Virus genome (UHGV): UHGV-0213570
Source of the DNA: a virus
Direction: 5' to 3' (one strand)
DNA length: 45,333 bases
Below are positions 38,058 through 45,333 of this stretch, piece by piece (position 1 is the stretch's first letter; each line of letters starts with the position of its first letter). Under the pieces are notes generated by a model. The model was given only the letters and a program-made list of their open reading frames with translations. It ran no database searches and was not told the origin of the DNA. Position numbers and translations under genes: made by a program.

Positions 38058-39126
38058 ACTGCGGAGTTTGCGTGCCGTAGCCGTTGAACACTTTGGACTT
38101 ACCGGTGAAATCCTTACGGATTTGCAAACCGAAAGCTGACCACACGAGGAAGTTAAAGTTATCGTGCGGATTGTCACGGGCTGCCGCATAGGTGGAAACT
38201 GGCTGAGCAACACGCGGACGGATGTACATGTCGTTGCGAACGTAGCCAACGAAATGGTTACCGGTCAGCAGGAAGTTGGTGCCAATCTTACCGATGCGAC
38301 CATTGCCAAACTGCGTGATGTACTGCTCAACAGTGCCACCTTTGAAACCTGCCGCATCAGAATACGGACGCATAAAGCTGCGACGCACTGCCGGGGAAAC
38401 CCACAGAGTCACCTGTTCAAATACGTTCTGCGCATCCAGAATAGCCTGGAAATCCTGATTGAAGAAGGTCACGATTTCATCTGGCGTTGCTGTTTGCAGG
38501 TCGATATTCAGGCCGCCGGAAGCATTCAGGTTAACCTGAACAGTGTTCGGGTGGTTGGTGATACCGTAGCCGGTGTAAACGCCGTTCACGTTCAGGGTCT
38601 GGTCGCCAGTCAGCAGGTACTGCGCCATATCGGAACGCAGATTAAAGGTGACGTTAGCCTGATCGTCCAGCAGTGGGTCGAAACCTTCAGACTGCATACC
38701 AAGCAGTTCGCGCCATTCGCGGCTGTAGCCAGTCTTAAAGATTGGAATCACATCGCCAGTGTAATCGTAGCGAGTTTTATCCAAATCCTCCGGCTCCTGA
38801 CCAGACAGAGTGCGGACGACTTTACCAGCATCGGAAGCAATTCGGCTGATTGCCACGGTCTTACCGATATTGATGTTTGCCGCGATGCCCATCAGGTCAG
38901 CCATCATGTCCTGACCGGCTTCGTTACGGAAAACACGGGTTGTGACGTTGTCCACATCGCGCCAGTAATCCTTCGTTACCAGTGCGGTGGCGTTCAGTGC
39001 GTATTTTTTCGCAAGAGCATTTTCCGCATTAACAAAAACCTTGCGGTCAATCTTCAGGTGATTCCACTGGTCAGCCACCACTGCGGAGTTGGCTACCAGG
39101 TCTTTGGTAAAAATAATCTTTTCCAT
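38056..39126 (-). CDS. major capsid protein
   Basis: 356-aa ORF following the scaffold and decoration-like genes and followed by a strong hairpin. Assigned by order and size; no family recognised. Confidence 0.55.
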   Translation of the reverse strand: MEKIIFTKDLVANSAVVADQWNHLKIDRKVFVNAENALAKKYALNATALVTKDYWRDVDNVTTRVFRNEAGQDMMADLMGIAANINIGKTVAISRIASDAGKVVRTLSGQEPEDLDKTRYDYTGDVIPIFKTGYSREWRELLGMQSEGFDPLLDDQANVTFNLRSDMAQYLLTGDQTLNVNGVYTGYGITNHPNTVQVNLNASGGLNIDLQTATPDEIVTFFNQDFQAILDAQNVFEQVTLWVSPAVRRSFMRPYSDAAGFKGGTVEQYITQFGNGRIGKIGTNFLLTGNHFVGYVRNDMYIRPRVAQPVSTYAAARDNPHDNFNFLVWSAFGLQIRKDFTGKSKVFNGYGTQTPQ

Positions 39127-39128
39127 TA

Positions 39129-41008
<1,880 letters not shown>

Positions 41009-41024
41009 GGTTAACTCTCCACGG

Positions 41025-41147
41025 TTAGTTTGTTGTCGAATTATAACACAGGGAGATATAGCACCATGAGGCGGTAGCCAGTGCAAACAATGGCGAATCA
41101 GTGAGCGCGTAAAGCGTAAGGAAGTAAGTGATAGGGATTATGTTCAT
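41025..41147 (-). CDS. tiny hydrophobic peptide (40 aa, MNIIPITYFLTLYALTDSPLFALATASWCYISLC...)
   Basis: RBS AGGAGG. Not in the ORF track. Confidence 0.3.
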   Translation of the reverse strand: MNIIPITYFLTLYALTDSPLFALATASWCYISLCYNSTTN

Positions 41148-41202
41148 GGGCTACCTCCTGATTAAATGATAGCAGCCCATGATGAACAAAAGATATACGG
41201 TG

Positions 41203-41349
41203 TTAGTCTGAAATTACGTCATCAAAGAAAGCCAATGCTGCACCCGAAAGACAAAATAATGCACCATAGCAAGCCACCCGATACAGGCTGTCAGCATCAA
41301 ATACTCTGGCGAATGCGTATGCTGAGAGTATCCACAGTAATGGAATCAT
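41203..41349 (-). CDS. tiny membrane peptide (48 aa, MIPLLWILSAYAFARVFDADSLYRVACYGALFCLSGAALAFF...)
   Basis: ATGA overlap with the upstream gene. Not in the ORF track. Confidence 0.3.
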   Translation of the reverse strand: MIPLLWILSAYAFARVFDADSLYRVACYGALFCLSGAALAFFDDVISD

Positions 41350-41672
41350 AACCCCGCCTCCTGCTTTGCTCGGTGAACGTATGACATAAACTTGCCAATG
41401 GGCATTTCCTTGCGGATTTGCGCAAGAATTGCGCCATGCAACATCCTTTCTTCGCCAAAATACAGCTTATCGAGTCGCGTTTTGATGAGTGCTCGCGTGC
41501 GCTTCATGTGGTCGCGCGCTTTAAGTGCTTTCTCGTGCCAGACACGATCATTCTTCTTATCAGCATATTGCAGTTGACGCTCAACGGTTTCTATTTCAAA
41601 CGCCAGTTGCATGTCATAATCTTCAAGCTGAATGATGTCTGCCTTCATGATGTCGTTTAACTGGATAATCAT
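41346..41672 (-). CDS. hypothetical 108-aa protein
   Basis: ORF overlapping the upstream gene by 4 nt. Confidence 0.45.
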   Translation of the reverse strand: MIIQLNDIMKADIIQLEDYDMQLAFEIETVERQLQYADKKNDRVWHEKALKARDHMKRTRALIKTRLDKLYFGEERMLHGAILAQIRKEMPIGKFMSYVHRAKQEAGL

Positions 41673-42043
41673 TTTTTCACCTCCAATCCTGCTTGTTCAA
41701 TTGCCAGTTCATATGCATCCATTGCGTCACCAAATCCATTGGAGTAATCAACCGTATAGCCTTTATTTAATGCCGCTCTTGAGTCAATGAAATCAGGAGA
41801 CTCAATCTCAATTGCTAAGCGTGACGAATGCCACGCCATCCAATACATCTCTACCATATTCACATATCTGCTGTCCTTTGGATTGCATCCAGTGTATTCA
41901 TAAAACCATTCATTAAACTGCTCTCTGCTCGTCATCTTCACTTCCTCCACTATCCAGCCCATCTCTCTACGGTTATTGGCGATAAACTCATCAGATGTTA
42001 CAAACAGAGTTCTGCCGGATTTATGCCTAATAGCCCATCTCAT
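41669..42043 (-). CDS. hypothetical 124-aa protein
   Basis: ORF in the small-gene operon between the + cluster at 43445..44562 and the head block. Confidence 0.45.
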   Translation of the reverse strand: MRWAIRHKSGRTLFVTSDEFIANNRREMGWIVEEVKMTSREQFNEWFYEYTGCNPKDSRYVNMVEMYWMAWHSSRLAIEIESPDFIDSRAALNKGYTVDYSNGFGDAMDAYELAIEQAGLEVKK

Positions 42044-42168
42044 TTAGTACGTCCTCAGCAAGTTTGCGGAACATGATTTGCACTCTCGCCACCTTGCGCC
42101 ACTCAGCTTCGGTGAGAATCACATCCTCCTGCTGCGGAATTCCCGACATTTCGCATGGCGGTAATGGC

Positions 42169-42657
42169 TCATACTCTTGTTTTTTGCGTTTTGCTTTTCC
42201 CATGCTGACCTCTTGCGTTGCGAAGAAGTGAATTAAACAGGTTGCTCACGCTTACTTCCTGCTCCTGCCATGAATAACGCCATAGCTTCTTGTGGTGGTC
42301 ATAGCTTCGCGTTACATCGCCGTTATGAAACATGATGCGAATTCTGCTTTTCACGATTCGATAATCAATGCCAGTAGTGGCACTGATTTCTTTCACTTCT
42401 GCGCCGGAGTTATCAAGCAAATGGCACTTAATCACATCATCAATACCAGCTGCATCATCAGAGATGAAATACTTGTACTGCCACTTACCACCACGAATTA
42501 CTGACTTCTCGCGGCGAATGAAGCCAAGTGCAAGCATCTCATGCAGACGATGCGTTGTGGTGCTTGAGTGCTTTCCTCCGCAATGCTTCTCAATGTATGC
42601 GCGCGTTGCGCCGGGATGATTGATAATCACGCGCATGATTTGTGATTTATAATCCAT
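42169..42657 (-). CDS. putative DNA-binding regulator with two winged-helix-like repeats
   Basis: Repeats HPGATRAYIEKHCGGKHSSTTTHRLHEMLALGFIRRE and NSGAEVKEISATTGIDYRIVKSRIRIM resemble wHTH units. Confidence 0.35.
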   Translation of the reverse strand: MDYKSQIMRVIINHPGATRAYIEKHCGGKHSSTTTHRLHEMLALGFIRREKSVIRGGKWQYKYFISDDAAGIDDVIKCHLLDNSGAEVKEISATTGIDYRIVKSRIRIMFHNGDVTRSYDHHKKLWRYSWQEQEVSVSNLFNSLLRNARGQHGKSKTQKTRV

Positions 42658-42904
42658 AATCGCGCTCCTCTGCTGCCTGATTGAAGTCGTTGGCGGTGTA
42701 GAGGTGTCCGTTGCGGGTGTTCCATGACTTCACTGCTGATGCTTGATGAAGCCATTCATCAGTACCGCACCCACACTGCGAACAAGCAACGTAATATCCA
42801 TGAATGTTTTTGTCATTGTATGCGTCATTGCTGCCACAGAATGGGCATTCCAGCAAACCCTCATCATTCATCATTGGCATATGTGGTGCGCTCATTTTAC
42901 CCAT
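42647..42904 (-). CDS. Lar-family restriction alleviation protein (the start may be an internal Met)
   Basis: Lar zinc-ribbon signature LLECPFCGS...GYYVACSQCGCGTDEW...ASAVKSWNTRNG. Confidence 0.6.
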   Translation of the reverse strand: MGKMSAPHMPMMNDEGLLECPFCGSNDAYNDKNIHGYYVACSQCGCGTDEWLHQASAVKSWNTRNGHLYTANDFNQAAEERDYGL

Positions 42905-43086
42905 TCCCCCAAGTTGTTAAATTTAGGCGTATCGCCTGACCAGTCGATAATATCTTTCTGCTGGCTGCGCTTGCGTTGCAGGCGGTTGCGCACCTCTCGC
43001 AGTTCGCACTCAAGCCATTCGCGAGTACGCTCAACTTCATTCAGTCGCTGGATTAGCGATTGCTCGTACAGTTCGTCATGCGCCAT
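42892..43086 (-). CDS. hypothetical 64-aa protein
   Basis: ORF whose stop overlaps the Lar gene start region. Confidence 0.4.
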   Translation of the reverse strand: MAHDELYEQSLIQRLNEVERTREWLECELREVRNRLQRKRSQQKDIIDWSGDTPKFNNLGEWVK

Positions 43087-43146
43087 TTATAATTTCTCCC
43101 GTAGAATTTGATAACAACATGCTCAACGCACAGATAACCTTCATCC

Positions 43147-43344
43147 TCAACCGTTACTGGTTGAACTATAAACCACCGCAGATATAAGTTCGTCAGCCTT
43201 TTCACGACCAGCAACCTCCGCTTCAAGTGCCAGTGAACACATGGCAGTTTCCACATACTTAATGGTATCTTCGCGAACGTTAAGGATTTCCATAACCTCG
43301 CGCACCTCTTTCTGATATCTCGCTGCTATTTCTTTGTATCGCAT
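43147..43344 (-). CDS. hypothetical 65-aa protein (from MRYKEIAARYQ)
   Basis: Internal ATG 43344 with RBS AAGGTGA. The upstream TTGACGTAGATTG box overlaps the longer reading frame. Confidence 0.4.
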   Translation of the reverse strand: MRYKEIAARYQKEVREVMEILNVREDTIKYVETAMCSLALEAEVAGREKADELISAVVYSSTSNG

Positions 43345-43444
43345 TTCCACATCACCTTTTCCGTTGTGGTACAATCTACGTCAATAAGTATTGACTAAAT
43401 GATGTAGATTGGTCAACAATAATTTTCGAAAAGGAGTAGTAAAT

Positions 43445-43639
43445 ATGCCAAGACCACGACGAGAGCCGATGGATATTATCACCAGCATTGTGGAGAAGCG
43501 GCAGCCGCTGACACTCCGTGATGTTCGCTACTTTGCCCGTTGCTATGTGGCGCTGGCTGATATGCCAAAGGATGAGATGTACCAGATGATTCGTGATAAC
43601 TTTAATGTTGATGAAAATAATCGGGTGACGATGAAATGA
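43445..43639 (+). CDS. hypothetical 64-aa protein
   Basis: ATG 43445 with RBS AAAGGAG. Confidence 0.45.
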   Translation: MPRPRREPMDIITSIVEKRQPLTLRDVRYFARCYVALADMPKDEMYQMIRDNFNVDENNRVTMK

Positions 43640-44127
43640 AAAAATGGAAATATCTGAAAGGCTGTGAGGATGATTTTGCTGGCCATGACACGGCTTATCT
43701 TGTGGTTAAGTCAGGAAGTACTGGTGAGATTTTCTATCTAAGCATAGATTATGCTGGTCGCATTGAAGTGATTGAGGGTTGCGGGGATGTTGTTATTGCA
43801 TACCGCGAGCGAATCACCGACGAGCAAGACCTCAACGATTGCATTGGCGCGCCGGAAGCTGACGCAACAGAGCAACTCATCACTGAACGCGGCAGTCGAT
43901 ACGGTAAATTCAAAGATGGCGCTGAAATCATGCAGGAACTGAAAGATGTGATGCGCGAAGTGGATGGATGGCACAATCTGACACCAAGCCAACGCGAGGC
44001 GCTCGACATGATTCAGCACAAGATTGGTCGCATCCTGAATGGCGACCCGACATATGATGACAGCTGGAAAGATATTGCTGGCTATGCAACGTTAATTATT
44101 AATGAACTGAACGGAGAGATTAAATAA
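43636..44127 (+). CDS. conserved phage protein (163 aa); the C-terminal half resembles a helical nucleotide-binding/MazG-like phage domain
   Basis: Segment ERGSRYGKFKDGAEIMQELKDVM...LTPSQREALDMIQHKIGRILNGDPTYDDSWKDIAGYATL. Confidence 0.35.
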   Translation: MKKWKYLKGCEDDFAGHDTAYLVVKSGSTGEIFYLSIDYAGRIEVIEGCGDVVIAYRERITDEQDLNDCIGAPEADATEQLITERGSRYGKFKDGAEIMQELKDVMREVDGWHNLTPSQREALDMIQHKIGRILNGDPTYDDSWKDIAGYATLIINELNGEIK

Positions 44128-44435
44128 TGTCATTCTGCGACATCACAATCGCGCAGCGAAACGCGAACTACACCAATATTGCTGACACTTCCGCACAACT
44201 GGTATCACTGAATAGCGACGGCAGCGCAGTGCTGAAAATCGGCACGGAGACAGCGCAATTCATCGTGCAGAATCTGTCACAGGCAAATGCAAAGCAGGTA
44301 TTGATTAGCACTGGTAGCGTGTTGTTTCTGGCTAGCAATTATAATGCACCGAACCTTGAGTGTTCACTGGTGCGCATCGTTGAAACTGCGGTCGAGGAAT
44401 CTGTTGATGGGCCAACAACATTGCCAGCAGAGTGA
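44127..44435 (+). CDS. hypothetical 102-aa protein
   Basis: Coupled ORF. Confidence 0.4.
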   Translation: MSFCDITIAQRNANYTNIADTSAQLVSLNSDGSAVLKIGTETAQFIVQNLSQANAKQVLISTGSVLFLASNYNAPNLECSLVRIVETAVEESVDGPTTLPAE

Positions 44436-44562
44436 GCTACCAAAACCATCAGCATGGTGTGAGCAAATGGAGCGCAATGCGAAAGATGGTGATGAGGCGC
44501 ATGCTTATTTCCAGCTGAAGCAGATGTGGAAGCAGCGAGAAAACTCAGAGCAAACAAACTAA
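44407..44562 (+). CDS. hypothetical 51-aa protein
   Basis: ORF from ATG 44407, ending just before the terminator. Confidence 0.3.
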   Translation: MGQQHCQQSELPKPSAWCEQMERNAKDGDEAHAYFQLKQMWKQRENSEQTN

Positions 44563-44565
44563 ACG

Positions 44566-44592
44566 CAAGCCCCATTACGGGGCTTTTTTATT
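44566..44592. terminator. terminator between convergent genes at 44562 and 44575
   Basis: Hairpin AGCCCC-ATTAC-GGGGCT followed by TTTTTTATT. Confidence 0.65.
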
Positions 44593-45066
44593 GCGTAATG
44601 AGTTGTACTGCGCCTCACACATCAATCCTGCTTCTCTTGCCCTGTCAGCGTAATCTGCCAGTTGTCGATTTCTTTCGACAGATGCTGTGAGCACGTCGGC
44701 AAGCAAAACTCCGGTTTCTGCGGCTGGGTTGCCAATGGACTCAGTGGTGGAATATCCGACGAGCTGCTTGCGGATATTTGCGAGCTGTTGCTGCAACCTG
44801 CCAGACTTAGCAGCAGCATTGACAGCATCATTACGCGCAGCATCAATCCTTTGCTGTGCGTCGGCCTGAATCTTTTGAAGTTCTGCATTGCGTCGTTGCT
44901 CCTCTTGTTCATCTGCGGCCTTTTGTTCGGCGATGGCTTGAGCCTTGCCTTCTGCATATCGCTGGTCGCCGTAGCTGATGATTTCGCTACGCGCCCACAG
45001 CGCGCCAGCGGCAACAATTATAATAATTGCCAGCGGTCGCCGGTATTTAGCGAGAATCGACATCAT
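44575..45066 (-). CDS. i-spanin (Rz-like)
   Basis: N-terminal TM segment LAIIIIVAAGALWA, then a periplasmic predicted coiled coil rich in A/Q/E/R. Rz1 is embedded in the +1 frame. ATG 45066 with RBS GAGGGTG. Confidence 0.7.
   Translation of the reverse strand: MMSILAKYRRPLAIIIIVAAGALWARSEIISYGDQRYAEGKAQAIAEQKAADEQEEQRRNAELQKIQADAQQRIDAARNDAVNAAAKSGRLQQQLANIRKQLVGYSTTESIGNPAAETGVLLADVLTASVERNRQLADYADRAREAGLMCEAQYNSLRNKKAP
44622..44831 (-). CDS. o-spanin (Rz1-like lipoprotein) fully embedded in the Rz gene
   Basis: Lipobox LLSLAGC, then a Pro-rich mature region (DIPPLSPLATQPQKPEF). Confidence 0.65.
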   Translation of the reverse strand: MMLSMLLLSLAGCSNSSQISASSSSDIPPLSPLATQPQKPEFCLPTCSQHLSKEIDNWQITLTGQEKQD

Positions 45067-45253
45067 CGCGCACCCTCTGAAATAACTGATAGTTATCAAG
45101 AAATACACGCATCAGTTCATATGACCATTGAATGCCGTATTTTTTCCTGACGCCAAGATAAAGCGTTCTGTACTCCCACATTCTCCACTGGTGACTCTTG
45201 ATGCTATCTGGTATGAACTCTGAGGCAAGTGCAATCCATGCATTATTTATCAT
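45047..45253 (-). CDS. hypothetical 68-aa protein between the holin and Rz
   Basis: ORF bracketed by the overlapping holin stop and Rz start. Confidence 0.4.
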   Translation of the reverse strand: MINNAWIALASEFIPDSIKSHQWRMWEYRTLYLGVRKKYGIQWSYELMRVFLDNYQLFQRVRDDVDSR

Positions 45254-45333
45254 CGCGCAACCTCCGGTTTTCCTTCCTCATGCCGTTCATCTTGCCGAGG
45301 ATGCCAACCAGCATGATTGAGTAGCTTACCCCT
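45243..45333 (-). CDS. C-terminal part of the holin-like protein, truncated by the window end; in frame with 1..140 across the junction
   Basis: Reading from 45333 in the frame set by codon [2,1,45333] gives (K)GVSYSIMLVGILGKMNGMRKENRRLRDDK*. This is a second TM segment plus a highly charged tail, as expected for a holin C-terminus. Confidence 0.45.
   Translation of the reverse strand, partial: GVSYSIMLVGILGKMNGMRKENRRLRDDK

Noticed and set aside
42027-42203. 58-aa minus-strand ORF MGKAKRKKQEYEPL... in the gap between the 42169 and 42043 genes
   Set aside because: It overlaps both neighbours by 35 nt and 17 nt and has no clear RBS. It could be real, but the evidence is insufficient.
43391-43425. 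Canonical plus-strand promoter for the 43445 cluster
   Set aside because: TTGACT and TAGATT are only 9 bp apart, and TAATTT is 23 bp away. The boxes are present, but no properly spaced -35/-10 pair could be defined, so this is reported only as part of the box family.
45254-45333. Alternative frame at the window end, ending EVAR* with an ATGA overlap to the 68-aa ORF
   Set aside because: Translation (RGKLLNHAGWHPRQDERHEEG...) is not protein-like. The frame continuous with 1..140 gives a coherent TM segment plus charged tail.

Overview
The window reads as a complete, probably circularly closed, roughly 45.3 kb genome of a tailed siphovirus of enterobacterial type. I found no integrase, no CI/Cro-like repressor and no DNA polymerase.

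Late genes lie on the minus strand in four blocks, reading right to left:
- TerS, a 47-aa ORF, TerL, a moron cluster carrying a decayed HNH-AP2 endonuclease, portal, MuF-like protein.
- An unusual lysis block: lambda R-type transglycosylase, a class-II-like holin that is split by the window ends and whose frame continues across the 45333/1 junction, a 68-aa ORF, Rz with embedded Rz1.
- Head genes: protease/scaffold, decoration-like protein, major capsid protein.
- Tail genes: connectors, major tail with Ig-like domain, tape measure protein (TMP), minor tail proteins, NlpC/P60 K-like protein, J-like protein, beta-helix tailspike.

Early genes are on the plus strand (11.9-20.7 kb): a P-loop protein, an ASCH/DUF3850 protein, a convergent primase, an intact HNH-AP2 endonuclease, an SF2 helicase, a VRR-NUC nuclease, a PD-(D/E)XK exonuclease, Erf and SSB. 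They lie downstream of an AT-rich iteron region with about 12 CCGGTAAA repeats.

Several opposite-strand cassettes are each bounded by a promoter and a terminator. They carry a superinfection-immunity protein, a Lar anti-restriction protein, a tRNA(CAT), two paralogous small A-family proteins each coupled to a different partner (one a ParB-like nuclease), and a half-size DnaN (beta-clamp)-like protein.

Nearly every transcription-unit boundary carries a conserved GTAGAT box, usually as the -10 hexamer TAGATT of a TTGAC[AG]-N17-TAGATT promoter.

All domain assignments come from motif recognition by eye; no searches were run.
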